Below are positions 49,201-59,136 of a stretch of 64,000 bases of DNA, piece by piece. The notes under the pieces are model-generated. The model ran no database searches and was not told where the DNA came from. It saw nothing but the letters and a program-made list of their open reading frames with translations. The stretch is from Chloroflexota bacterium. GTDB taxonomy: Bacteria > Chloroflexota > Dehalococcoidia > GIF9 > AB-539-J10. The stretch is taken from contig JACAEN010000011.1 of the NCBI GenBank assembly GCA_013388845.1, positions 45,686 through 109,685 of the forward strand, written 5' to 3'. The number at the start of each line of letters is the position of its first letter. Within the stretch, counting starts at the first letter, position 1. Position numbers and translations under genes: made by a program.

Positions 49201-49246
49201 CGGTATTTACCGCATTCGGCTTCGGCAAACCGAAGAGGCTTGAGAT

Positions 49247-50146
49247 TTACAAAAGCAAATCGTTACTGAAGGAATCGCTTATCGTCGGTTTTTGCATCTG
49301 GCAGTTAGCCTTGGCGTAGTCGAAAGCCTCTTCAATAGTTACATCGGCGATACCTGGCAGGTTATCGTATCTGTCAGCTAGACCACTCAGCATCCCTTGG
49401 TCAACAAAGTAGTAAGAAAACTGGCCGTTCTGCCACGAGGCATCCTCGTAGGACACCCCACTCTCAGAGCAAGCCATGTTGATGACCCTACCCGGAGCCT
49501 GCAGGTCGGTCATACCGCCGGCCAGGCAACTATCAAATATGAAAATAATCCTCGTGGTATTGAAGCCAGCGAACCAATCCCTTAGTTGCCCATCCCATAT
49601 ATAAACAAAGTTGCCATATTGATTACCATCATGACTGACAATTGCCTCATCAATTTTTTCCCCGTCGCCATCACTTGCCCGGCCACTGGTGCCATGTCCG
49701 CTGAAGAAGAAAACGACTTCATCGCTGGCTACCGCCTTCGATTTGATGTCATTAACAGCACCCTGAATCGCAGTAAAACTGGCATCCATGTCTAGAAGCA
49801 AGTGAATGTTGCTTGAGTTATACCCGTAGAGCGTGGTTAGGGCATTATACATGTCTTGCGCGTCATCATCGCAGTATTCAAGGTCATTGGCGTCGCCCGG
49901 GTAATCGGAAATACCAACTAGAATGGCATATTTGTCTCCTGAGCTTGTCGCACCCAGAATACCGGTGGCCGCTTGCTTTGCTGGCTTACTGCTGCCACCG
50001 GACTTGCCTTGAATGGTAACCTTTTTGACTAGCTCGACATCGGTCGCTGGCAACGGCTTGTTCATATCGGGCTTAGCCACGGCGGCTGGTGTTATGAGCA
50101 CCAACATCAACATTGCCACTAAGACAGCAGCTATTAATTTTTTCAT
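49247..50146 (-). CDS. secreted caspase-family (C14) cysteine protease
   Basis: Signal peptide; AILVGISDY, FSGHG, FDSC and GQFSYY motifs. Confidence 0.88.
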   Translation of the reverse strand: MKKLIAAVLVAMLMLVLITPAAVAKPDMNKPLPATDVELVKKVTIQGKSGGSSKPAKQAATGILGATSSGDKYAILVGISDYPGDANDLEYCDDDAQDMYNALTTLYGYNSSNIHLLLDMDASFTAIQGAVNDIKSKAVASDEVVFFFSGHGTSGRASDGDGEKIDEAIVSHDGNQYGNFVYIWDGQLRDWFAGFNTTRIIFIFDSCLAGGMTDLQAPGRVINMACSESGVSYEDASWQNGQFSYYFVDQGMLSGLADRYDNLPGIADVTIEEAFDYAKANCQMQKPTISDSFSNDLLL

Positions 50147-50383
50147 CTCGCACCTCTTAAGTTTGTTTGACGCCTATTCTAGCACCCAAGCTTACCGTGT
50201 CAAGTGTCTGTCGCTGGTTGGGAGTTGGAAAGTGACAAGCCGTTATGTTGTTGCCGTTCGGGGCAAGGTCGAGAATGCAATCATCTTGACTTCTAATGGT
50301 ATAATTGGCGGTCAGGGATATCGGTTTGAGAGAGCAGCAGGCAAATTGTCTCGACGCGCAGCTTGCAGAAAAGGAGGTTTATC

Positions 50384-50641
50384 TTGGATTGGAAAGAACT
50401 GCTGGGATTCATTGGTGGAGCTTTGACGACACTGGGATTTGTGCCACAAGTATGGCGTCTGTTTAAGCTCAGGAGTGCCCGTGAGATAAGCTTGCCATTC
50501 ACCATCTGCTTCATTTTGGGCATAGCTTTTTGGCTGTCCTTTGGGATTTCATTGGGTCTGCTATCGGTAATTATCTGGAATGCTACAACATTTGTTTTAG
50601 GATGGGGCATGTTGTATGCCAAGCTAAAGTATGGCAAATAG
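50384..50641 (+). CDS. SemiSWEET / PQ-loop transporter
   Basis: LTTLGFVPQV...EISL...WL.FG...IIWN; TTG start after AGGAGG. Confidence 0.88.
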   Translation: MDWKELLGFIGGALTTLGFVPQVWRLFKLRSAREISLPFTICFILGIAFWLSFGISLGLLSVIIWNATTFVLGWGMLYAKLKYGK

Positions 50642-50733
50642 TGCGAGCGAGCATGCGAATTCTGGCAATTCCCAAGAAGACAAGATATCGACACTATTGA
50701 CCGGCAACAGTTTGGGGATTTTTGCAAGCCTCC

Positions 50734-51375
50734 TCAGTAGGCGACAGTGAATCGTTCGCGAATGTGCTGGGGGTGCTCAAGTTCATCGAGCATAGCCACG
50801 GCGTAATCCTGCGTGGAGATTTTGCTGTCGCCTTTTTCGTTCTTGAGAAGTTGGTCTTTGCCGACTCGATAACGTCCCGTCCGCTCTCCGGGTGCAATGG
50901 AAGCAGGCGGACTCAAGAATGTCCACTCGAGTTCTTGTTCTTTCCTTAGCATGTACAGTACCTCCCTGGTTGCCAGCACTCCGCCTTTTATGTTCTCCGG
51001 GAAAGTCACCGTATCAATAAGTTGCACACCGGGGGCGACTTCCAGGCTGCCAGCCCCACCGACAACCAATAATCTTTTGATCCCAGCCTTCTTGACTCCG
51101 CTAATAATCGCTTTATAGCCCTTGATTTGCTCATTGTAGATATCGGGATTGTTCCAGCCGGGATTGTAGGCGCTTATGACTGCGTCATGACCTTTCACGA
51201 GTTCATCGACCTTGTCTTTGAGAATGTCTGCTTTCACAACCCTGAGATGAGGGTGCTGCAGAGTTATTTTCTCAAGATGCCTCACAATCGCTGTTACTTG
51301 ATGCCCTCGTGCCAGAGCTTCATCGCGGATGTACGAGCCAATATTCCCACTGGCTCCGATGATCACTACTTTCAT
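50734..51375 (-). CDS. NAD(P)H-binding oxidoreductase (YwnB/BVR-B-like)
   Basis: IIGASGNIG, VVGGAGSL, WTFLSP, IS..DYAVA and RFTVAY motifs. Confidence 0.9.
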   Translation of the reverse strand: MKVVIIGASGNIGSYIRDEALARGHQVTAIVRHLEKITLQHPHLRVVKADILKDKVDELVKGHDAVISAYNPGWNNPDIYNEQIKGYKAIISGVKKAGIKRLLVVGGAGSLEVAPGVQLIDTVTFPENIKGGVLATREVLYMLRKEQELEWTFLSPPASIAPGERTGRYRVGKDQLLKNEKGDSKISTQDYAVAMLDELEHPQHIRERFTVAY

Positions 51376-51509
51376 GGATGTAACCCTCCCTTTACGCTTT
51401 CAAAGTCGTTTTTGCACGGGTTTCCTTGAACTAGACTTGCTTGTACCTATTATACAGCATTCTAATCGCATGAACACAGCGCAGCATGGGCAAGGTATTC
51501 CCCAAATTG

Positions 51510-51541
51510 AATAGGGTCGAGGTTGACTCCTCGACCCTATT
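51510..51541. repeat. 13-bp-stem hairpin (terminator or REP-like); related copy at 44799-44829
   Basis: AATAGGGTCGAGG-TTGACT-CCTCGACCCTATT. Confidence 0.6.
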
Positions 51542-51569
51542 CCTGCTTTTGCGCAGTAAAGGAGGTATT

Positions 51570-52853
51570 TTAGGCAGCGGGATTGAGGACGCGCCCGACG
51601 AAGAGAATGGCACCCGTCTCAATGTCGCGAATCAAAAAGATGAAAGGGCGGTCTATGGTGACTTCTACAGGATGTTCGGGTACCGATGTTATTCCAACAA
51701 TCACTGCCGTGGCAGCCGCCGCCTCGGTGCCATCTTCATCCACGGCCACGAATGACTTGTGTATAACGTCTGATATGAGCAGCTCAGGATTGCCAGTCAT
51801 TCCGGAGAAATCGGCGTCACCAGAGAAGGCAATCGGCATGCCCGTCCCGGCGAGGGTATCCTTCAGGCTGAATTCTGACTCAAATTCAAACTTGGGCATC
51901 GTCAGGGCAACTTGGGTCTGTCGCAGATTGCTTATAATCTCATAGACCTGCTGGGCCTGCAGCTCTTTTTCAAAAGCCTCGAAGTTCCCAGAGGCAGGAA
52001 GCAAAATCAGCATGGAGAGTTCACCGCCATCGTAGGGCAGCTCGACTGCCTGGTATCCTGCCCCTTCGGCGCAGCCGAACGACTCCGTCTGCTTCATCAT
52101 GGGCACTGTTACCCGCCCGCCGTCAAGTAGGTAGAACGAGCCGTTTACTGTCAGGTCCTCATCGAAGGGGTACGCCCAGGCGGCATTGAAGTAGATGGCA
52201 TTGGTCAGTACCAGCCTGGTCCATTCATCGATTGCGCCTCGCGGGATGAGGTCTTTGATCCGTTCCTCTGTCTGGTTGCTGACCCAATCATTGATGGCAA
52301 GGCGGGACTTTTCTGTCTCCGTTATGAAGTCCAGCACTCTTAAGCCGGCACCGTAGTTCTCAGCCAGGACATCGAGGAACTCGGATAGGAACTCATAATC
52401 TTTCTGCCCCCAGATGGCGTTGACAATGTTCAGCCTGAATCCCTTGCCATCTTTGCCAGCGGCACCTTCGCCTCTCTTGGCAAGCTCGGCATCGAGCCAG
52501 TTGAATGCCGGGTGCAGCCTCTCCTGTTCCAGAAGGAAGTGAAGGGTAGCGGCCATCTGCTCCGCAGTTTCGCCACGCGCTCCGGCATAGGTCATAGCTA
52601 GCGCCAGCGAGATGCTATAAGGAGAGTAGAAAAGATTACCCTCCTGACCTTTAAGCGCCTGATAAAGCTTGAAGGCGAAGGCGCTGTTTCCTTCAACCAG
52701 CAATGCCTGCTCATCTGTGCTGATATTCGGCTCGGGTATCCGGTCTCTATCGGATCTGACTTCTTCGGCTACTGTCGGTTGAGCTAATTGAATAGAGGCT
52801 ATCAGCGGCACCAGCAAAACTGAAGCTAATACGATTATCACTATCTTTTTCAT
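51570..52853 (-). CDS. secreted serpin (inhibitory-type hinge)
   Basis: Signal peptide; NLFYSPYSI, NAIYFNAAW, VPMM, GTEAAAATAV and DRPFIFLIRD..TGAILFVGRV motifs. Confidence 0.95.
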   Translation of the reverse strand: MKKIVIIVLASVLLVPLIASIQLAQPTVAEEVRSDRDRIPEPNISTDEQALLVEGNSAFAFKLYQALKGQEGNLFYSPYSISLALAMTYAGARGETAEQMAATLHFLLEQERLHPAFNWLDAELAKRGEGAAGKDGKGFRLNIVNAIWGQKDYEFLSEFLDVLAENYGAGLRVLDFITETEKSRLAINDWVSNQTEERIKDLIPRGAIDEWTRLVLTNAIYFNAAWAYPFDEDLTVNGSFYLLDGGRVTVPMMKQTESFGCAEGAGYQAVELPYDGGELSMLILLPASGNFEAFEKELQAQQVYEIISNLRQTQVALTMPKFEFESEFSLKDTLAGTGMPIAFSGDADFSGMTGNPELLISDVIHKSFVAVDEDGTEAAAATAVIVGITSVPEHPVEVTIDRPFIFLIRDIETGAILFVGRVLNPAA

Positions 52854-52907
52854 TTCATTTACCTCACATGAACATGCCTAGATTGTTCGGTTTCACTCTC
52901 TTTCTGG

Positions 52908-54986
52908 CTATTTCTGCGGCTCTTCACTTCCAGGCTCAACACCCGCAGGCGGCTCTTCGGGCCGGGTCTCACCCGGGACATGTTCGTAAGGCGTCCAGGT
53001 TGAGTATGGGAGCTCGACCTCGTTAATGTAAGCCAGAGTCTCCAGGCTGTTCATCTTTATCTTGGCGTCTGAAAGGGTGTAGAGAATATCCTCTATATAG
53101 AGCGACCTCGTCACCGCGAACGGAGACCAGAAGTACTGATATGCTTGCTTAGGGTCGGAGATATTCTCAATATGGGTGATTTTACCCTTCAGTTGGATTC
53201 CCTGGTCTAGAGAAATATTAAAGACATAGGCACCCTGCCAGACAGGCTCGCCGTAAGCCCACTCAGGAACTCCTTCAGGATATTGTGACGCATCTACCTT
53301 GGCCTCTAAGATAGGTATGACCATCAGGTTCCTGAACTTATCAAAGAGGAAGGCTTTGTGGTCCCGCAAAACCGGTGAATCGCTGCCTCTGTGACCTATT
53401 ACTTCCTTGTCTACTTCCTGTGGATTCCTGACATCAAAGAGCGATATCTTCACTCCTTGGTACCAGGCGAATTCTCCTTCCTCCGTTGTTTCCTTACCTA
53501 TGCCTATAAGGTGGGTTTCGTCATAGGGGTGAAGGTAGTCTGAGTAGCCAGTTACCTTCAGGTACCCGAGCTCTCTCGGGTTATTGGGGTCACTTAAATC
53601 TATGACGAATAAGGGGTCAACCTGCCTGAATGTTACCAGATAGCCTCTCTCACCCATAAACCTGGCGGAATAAATGGTTTCTCCTTGAGCAAGGTCTGTT
53701 AGTGAGCCGGTAACGTTGAGGCTCATATTCAAGATGTATACATTATTCCAGGACGTTTCCGTGTGGGTTGTGGTGGCCACCCTGAAGTAGCCATCATACT
53801 CATCCATGGAGAACTGATTTAGCACCATACCAGGGACTTCGCCACTGGCCGCGTACTCCATCTGGTCGCCTTGTATTTGAATTCGGTGAATAGAAGTTCT
53901 TTCAAAATCCCCCACGCCTGTTCCCCACACGGGGAAGGTCAGGTAAATGTTGTCTGGAGAGACATAGAGGTTGCTAGAGGCTCCCAGCAGCATTGTTTCG
54001 TATGTTGGCTCCTGGGCATCGTTCTGCGTGTTTACAGCTATAATAGTCGTGTACATATAGTAGTAGTCAGCGACGTCAGAATACCAGATATCTGTAGCCG
54101 GTATTTCCGTCTTGTTGCCACCGGAACAAATCTTAGGCAGGTTTACCTCATTATCCTCTTCGTACACGGGTTCATTGACCACCACATAAGCATAATCTCC
54201 TATCATCCGTGAACTGACGTATTGACCATCGGCGGAAAGCTCCCTTCGCAACTGGGGATTTTCCCTGTCTGAAACATCATATACTTTGACATACGTCTGG
54301 GGTGCCCTATAAGGTATGTAGGTCCTGTCTTCAGTTCCCCACCGCACATCATAGTAGGGATAATAAGGTGTTTCCTCCTCGAGCACGACCAGTTTATCTC
54401 CGTTTATGAAGATTCCTGTCACTGCGCCTTCTAGTTCGATCTCCGATAGGATTTGAGCTTGTTTAGGGGGATACGCCCTCACGATGATGGTCCTGTTCCC
54501 CGAAGCGAGGTAGATATACTCTCCGTCGGTCTTAACGATATCTGCCTCATCTACCCCGGCAACCTGGATATTGGTTACAGAGTAGTTCGTCTTGGATGGC
54601 GCAGGGAGTAAGGCTTCTGCGCTTCCTGAAAAAAGGTCGACGTCTCCCCCCTTAGAGAATCCCCAAAAGAATTGTCTGTAGCCTGCGTTCGTCTTCACAA
54701 ACTCTTGCAACTGCTCATATGAAGAGAACTTATTGATCTCTCCCGCTCCCAGGGGCATAAATGTAGGGACAGCAAGAAGTCCGACAACTGCTATTAAGAG
54801 CACAGCAGCAGTAATGGGAGCCAATAACTTTGCCCAATTCGGAATAGGCCTCTCCCTAAAGCGCCTGGCTGTTTTAAAGTAGCCGGACTTGAGCAGGGCC
54901 ACTCTTAAAGCCCGTCTGTGGCCGGGAAGCTCGATTTCCGGGGTTTTAAGGTTTTCCAGTTTCTTGATTAAGTCTTCGTATTTCAT
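52908..54986 (-). CDS. membrane-anchored beta-propeller protein, probable anti-sigma factor
   Basis: Short cytoplasmic N-terminus and one TM, then TNIQVAGVDEADIVKTDG, NQFSMDE, IYSARF, VDPLFVIDL and GYSDYLHP. Confidence 0.85.
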   Translation of the reverse strand: MKYEDLIKKLENLKTPEIELPGHRRALRVALLKSGYFKTARRFRERPIPNWAKLLAPITAAVLLIAVVGLLAVPTFMPLGAGEINKFSSYEQLQEFVKTNAGYRQFFWGFSKGGDVDLFSGSAEALLPAPSKTNYSVTNIQVAGVDEADIVKTDGEYIYLASGNRTIIVRAYPPKQAQILSEIELEGAVTGIFINGDKLVVLEEETPYYPYYDVRWGTEDRTYIPYRAPQTYVKVYDVSDRENPQLRRELSADGQYVSSRMIGDYAYVVVNEPVYEEDNEVNLPKICSGGNKTEIPATDIWYSDVADYYYMYTTIIAVNTQNDAQEPTYETMLLGASSNLYVSPDNIYLTFPVWGTGVGDFERTSIHRIQIQGDQMEYAASGEVPGMVLNQFSMDEYDGYFRVATTTHTETSWNNVYILNMSLNVTGSLTDLAQGETIYSARFMGERGYLVTFRQVDPLFVIDLSDPNNPRELGYLKVTGYSDYLHPYDETHLIGIGKETTEEGEFAWYQGVKISLFDVRNPQEVDKEVIGHRGSDSPVLRDHKAFLFDKFRNLMVIPILEAKVDASQYPEGVPEWAYGEPVWQGAYVFNISLDQGIQLKGKITHIENISDPKQAYQYFWSPFAVTRSLYIEDILYTLSDAKIKMNSLETLAYINEVELPYSTWTPYEHVPGETRPEEPPAGVEPGSEEPQK

Positions 54987-55012
54987 AGACTTTGCCTCCT
55001 TTCACAACTGAA

Positions 55013-55038
55013 AATGCAGAAGCCCGGAAAAGGTTGCA
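55013..55038 (-). promoter_or_regulatory. putative ECF sigma promoter
   Basis: TGCAAC-N16-CATT between the sigma gene and the downstream gene, ahead of an AAAGGAGG RBS. Confidence 0.5.
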
Positions 55039-55078
55039 TTATTTAACCCCAAAAGTTTTGCGGCTTTCGTGGGGCGGT

Positions 55079-55642
55079 TTACTCTGTTTCTCTTAATTTC
55101 TCTACTGCCCGGTGGAGCAAGGATTTTACCGTTCCCTCTTTTTTGCCCAGAATTTCGGCGATTTCGTTAATCTGTTTCTTCTCAAAAAATCTGAGGGCGA
55201 TGACTTCTTGATATTTGGCCGGGAGGTGAACGATTCTCTCCTGAATTTCCAGAAAGTCCTCATGTTGCTTTAGTTTCTCCTGCGCCTCTATCAGTTCGCT
55301 TTCGGGGTCATAAGGTGATACGGGTTCAAAACCTTGTTCCTGTAATTCTTCTAGTGATACGGATTTTTTGTATTCGGCTTTTCTAAAGTACTGGTTAATC
55401 TCATTGGCGGCGATTTTATAGAGCCACGAGGAAAAAGAGACATCGCGCCAGCGAAATTGCCAGAGCTTCTTCAACGCCTTAAAGAATGTCTCGGAAGTAA
55501 TATCCTGGGCGACTTCCAGATTAGCAGTCCGCCTCAGGGCGTAGCCAAAGATTTTGGGATAATACTGGTCGTAAAGCTTGGCAAAAGCATCGGGGGCTTT
55601 TTGCGCTTGTCTGACGAGTTCTCTTTCTTCGCTTAAATCCAT
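55079..55642 (-). CDS. ECF RNA polymerase sigma factor
   Basis: AFAKLYDQY, AQDITSETF, FSSWLYKIA and EIAEILG..EGTVKSLLHRA motifs. Confidence 0.95.
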   Translation of the reverse strand: MDLSEERELVRQAQKAPDAFAKLYDQYYPKIFGYALRRTANLEVAQDITSETFFKALKKLWQFRWRDVSFSSWLYKIAANEINQYFRKAEYKKSVSLEELQEQGFEPVSPYDPESELIEAQEKLKQHEDFLEIQERIVHLPAKYQEVIALRFFEKKQINEIAEILGKKEGTVKSLLHRAVEKLRETE

Positions 55643-56093
55643 ATTAGCCGGTAAAAAATAAACATACCCCGTTAATATAATGCACTAGTAATAATTTAGT
55701 TTCCCCCAAAATCTCAGTTCATACTGTACCACTCTCCTGCACGGTGTCAAGCATTTTTGCGTCCTTTCTAGATTTTCCTCCGACTGGCGAGGAGTCGACG
55801 AATTGAGTGACAAGGGACTGAGCCTCGTACCCCATACCAACCATAATGGCAAGCTATAGCTGAGAAAACAGTTCAGGCGGTTTCTAGAAGAACTGACCTG
55901 TTACGCACAATCAGGTTTTTGTGCCATTCCCAGCGTTGCTTAATTGTGGCAAAGCGGGGCAGGTTGCAAAAGGTCATGATTTTGTATAGGCTTATTAAGC
56001 TAAGGAATGGTATTTTGTTCGTGGTGGAAGACCCTGTAAGTTTTGCTTGCTGGCTATGGAAAATGTAGGGCTACTTTGGTGAAGTAACTGACA

Positions 56094-57398
56094 ATGAAAG
56101 AAGGTAATGGAGTTAAGAAAGCTATCGATGCAGCTAGTTCTGAGTTGAATCTAGCTGATGAGGGCAGCAAGGCTGATAAATATTATCGTGGCTTCATTGC
56201 TTTGAGCCGAGTCTCGGCGGCGATCAGCGGTCTGCATGAGTTGGATGCTATTCTTAAAATTGGCTTGGACAATGTGCTTAACATCATGAATGGAGCCGTG
56301 GGGGGGATAATGCTCCTGGATGAGCCAAGTCAGACGCTGTTTTACCGTGTTTATCATGGTCTATCTGATAAGTATGCTGAAGAGATGCGTCTTAAACTCG
56401 GCGAGGGCATCGCCGGGAAGGTAGCTCAAAGTGGCCGGGCAGTGCTGCTGGAGGACATTTCCTCGGAACCAAGTGCCGCTCGGATTGACCTGATAGGCTC
56501 AGAGGGTTTAAGGGCATTCATCAGCGTCCCTCTCCGAGCAAAAGACAATGTTCTGGGGGTGATGAATGTCGCTAGCCGCGTGCCCCATCACTTTAGCAAG
56601 GAAGACGTGCATATCTTGCATTCGATTGGGGATCAACTCGGCACAGCTATTGAGCAGGCAATGCTGCAGGAGCGGCTGAGAAAAGCACGGGAGAGATTAC
56701 GCAAACTTGCCCGACAGAATCTTGTAGCCGAGGAGGAGGAACGGAGGAGAATTGCCCGTGAGCTACACGACGAGACCAGTCAATCGCTCTCCGGGATAGC
56801 ACTTCAACTAGAAGCGCTGGTGGAAATGGCTGCGAAATCTAGTAATCAAGATGCTCAGTTTATTGACGGACTAAAGAAAGTCCAATCGCTGACAGTACAG
56901 GTACATAAGGAAGTAAGCAGAGTGATTGCCAATCTCCATCCTACCGTATTGGATACGCTAGGGTTAGTCGCTGCTGTTCGCCAGCATGCTAAGAATACTC
57001 TTCAGCCCCTGAACATTAACGTAACAATAGAGGTCAAGGGGACTGAGAGACGGTTTCCTGCTGATGTAGAAGCTGCTCTTTTCCGTGTTATTCAGGGAAG
57101 CATTGGCAATATTGCCGAGCATTCTAAAGCAAGGAATGCTTCCATAGTGCTGGTATATCAACCTGATGAATTCTCGCTAAGTATTAGTGATGACGGGCAA
57201 GGATTTGACGTTTCCAAGCTCACCGATGTGGAGGCAAGCGGGCGAGGCCGTGGGTTATTCAGTATGAGGGAGAGGATTGGTTCCCTTGGCGGCACCAGCG
57301 GTGTTGAGTCCAAGATTGGAGCAGGAACTACGGTTTGGGCCAAGATTCCAATGGGTCAAGACATTAGATATGGCGAAAATAAAGGTACTGGTAGCTGA
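56094..57398 (+). CDS. cytoplasmic GAF sensor histidine kinase (NarX/HisKA_3 type)
   Basis: GAF domain; EERRRIARELHDETSQ, DDGQGFD and GRGLFSMRER motifs. Confidence 0.93.
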   Translation: MKEGNGVKKAIDAASSELNLADEGSKADKYYRGFIALSRVSAAISGLHELDAILKIGLDNVLNIMNGAVGGIMLLDEPSQTLFYRVYHGLSDKYAEEMRLKLGEGIAGKVAQSGRAVLLEDISSEPSAARIDLIGSEGLRAFISVPLRAKDNVLGVMNVASRVPHHFSKEDVHILHSIGDQLGTAIEQAMLQERLRKARERLRKLARQNLVAEEEERRRIARELHDETSQSLSGIALQLEALVEMAAKSSNQDAQFIDGLKKVQSLTVQVHKEVSRVIANLHPTVLDTLGLVAAVRQHAKNTLQPLNINVTIEVKGTERRFPADVEAALFRVIQGSIGNIAEHSKARNASIVLVYQPDEFSLSISDDGQGFDVSKLTDVEASGRGRGLFSMRERIGSLGGTSGVESKIGAGTTVWAKIPMGQDIRYGENKGTGS

Positions 57399-58023
57399 CG
57401 ACCATGCCATCGTACGTGACGGTATTTGCGCCTTGCTTGCTCTTACCGGGGACATAGAAGCAGTAGGCGTGGCTGCTAATGGTCGGGAGGCGCTAGAAAT
57501 GGTTCCCAAGGTCTCACCTGACATAGTGCTTATGGACATAGTCATGCCTCTTATGGACGGGCTGGAAGCAACTCGCCGAATACACAAGGAGTTCCCGGGG
57601 ACAAAGGTGATAGTACTGACCCAATATGAAGACAAGGAGTATGTGTTGCCCGTTATTAAAGCTGGTGCTAGCGGTTTTATCAGTAAAGTAGTGGCGTCCT
57701 CTGAGCTTACCTCGGCCATTCGGGCTGTGTATCGTGGAGATTCTTTCTTATCTCCATCCATAGCTAGACTCTTAGTTGAGGACTATCGACAGATAGCCAG
57801 AGTGGGAAAAAGCAAGGACGCCTTCGAAGAATTAACAGACCGAGAGAGAGAAATACTGAAACTGTTAGTAGAAGGGCACTCTACTCAAGAGATAGCTCGG
57901 ATGCTGGTTATTAGTCCCAAAACTGTAGAAAGACACAAGACTAACCTGATGGCAAAGCTGGATATCCACAACCGCCTTGACCTGTTCAAATATGCCCTGC
58001 GCAAGGGCATTATCAGCGTCTAA
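57370..58023 (+). CDS. NarL/LuxR-family response regulator
   Basis: VLVADDH, VLMDIVMP and LTDREREIL...ISPKTVERHK motifs; start at ATG 57370. Confidence 0.95.
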   Translation: MAKIKVLVADDHAIVRDGICALLALTGDIEAVGVAANGREALEMVPKVSPDIVLMDIVMPLMDGLEATRRIHKEFPGTKVIVLTQYEDKEYVLPVIKAGASGFISKVVASSELTSAIRAVYRGDSFLSPSIARLLVEDYRQIARVGKSKDAFEELTDREREILKLLVEGHSTQEIARMLVISPKTVERHKTNLMAKLDIHNRLDLFKYALRKGIISV

Positions 58024-58254
58024 GATTGTTGCCTCGTAGTCCTGACAAGTCGGGGCGGCACTGCTTGTTTCTCACCTCCCCTAATGGGAAGCATTATCCC
58101 CATAAATGAGTGGTCAACTGCACGAAAATGCGGTGATATTTTCCCGATTTTTGGGGTAGATACCTCTATTGCTTTCGTAGGCTGGGCGATACACTTTATG
58201 GTAGCAAGCTAAAAGGTAAGCTCCCAAAAATGTACTTGGTAAGGGGGGTGAAAG

Positions 58255-59082
58255 ATGGAAAGGAACACTAAGATTCTGGTGGTGGACGATGAATCAGATT
58301 TTATTGCGGATATGCAAGCTAGATTACTAGCAAAAGGCTGGCAGGTGCTTACCGCTGGCAACAGATTACAGGCAGAGGAGATAGCGCGTCGCGAAAAACC
58401 TGACTTGATTATTTTAGGCACAATAATGCCACGTGGAGATGCCTTTCGGCTGCACCAATGGTTGAAGCAGAGCCCCAATTTCCGAGAAGTGCCGCTCATT
58501 GTAGTTGATGCCCCACAGGAGAAACGTCTGATTAAGGGGTGGCGTATGGATGAAGGCTTGAAGCTTGAAGCCGAACAATATTTAGTCAAGCCAGTCGAGT
58601 CAGCTTCAATAATAGCCTGGGCCGAGAAATTCCTGGATAAGACACTGAGAAGAATCAAGGTGCTGGTGGTAGATGACCATGCTGTAGTCAGGGAAGCAAT
58701 TTGCGCTCTGCTGAGTCTGCAAAAAGACATGGAAGTGATAGGTGAAGCTGTTGACGGGCAAGATGCTATTGATAAAGTGCAGCGTCTTGCGCCGAATGTA
58801 GCAGTGATGGATATAGTCATGCCGGTGATGAGCGGACTTGAGGCCACGAAACGAATAACCGAGGAGTACCCAGAGACAAAGGTTTTGATTCTAACCCAAT
58901 ATGACGAAGAAGAGAACATGTTTGTTGCTAAACAGGTAGGGGCTTATGGCTTTATTGCCAAGAGCGCTGCCAGTTCTGACCTCTTGACTGGCATAAGGAC
59001 AGTAGGTGAAGGAAGATACTTCCCTCGGTCTTTTGCCTACGTGTCTGCCAACTGGCCGGAGGGTCGAGATAAAAAGAAGTGA
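58255..59082 (+). CDS. tandem receiver-domain protein without an output domain
   Basis: ILVVDD...LIILGTIMP...KP, then VLVVDDH...VMDIVMP; no HTH. Confidence 0.88.
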   Translation: MERNTKILVVDDESDFIADMQARLLAKGWQVLTAGNRLQAEEIARREKPDLIILGTIMPRGDAFRLHQWLKQSPNFREVPLIVVDAPQEKRLIKGWRMDEGLKLEAEQYLVKPVESASIIAWAEKFLDKTLRRIKVLVVDDHAVVREAICALLSLQKDMEVIGEAVDGQDAIDKVQRLAPNVAVMDIVMPVMSGLEATKRITEEYPETKVLILTQYDEEENMFVAKQVGAYGFIAKSAASSDLLTGIRTVGEGRYFPRSFAYVSANWPEGRDKKK

Positions 59083-59136
59083 CCCCATCTGGAAAGCCTT
59101 ATTCCCACCTGCTTGTTTATGAAGGAGGATATTAGT

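Noticed and set aside
43800-51400. Run of unrelated accessory genes as an integron cassette array
   Set aside because: Mixed orientations, several apparent own promoters, no convincing attC sites and no integrase.
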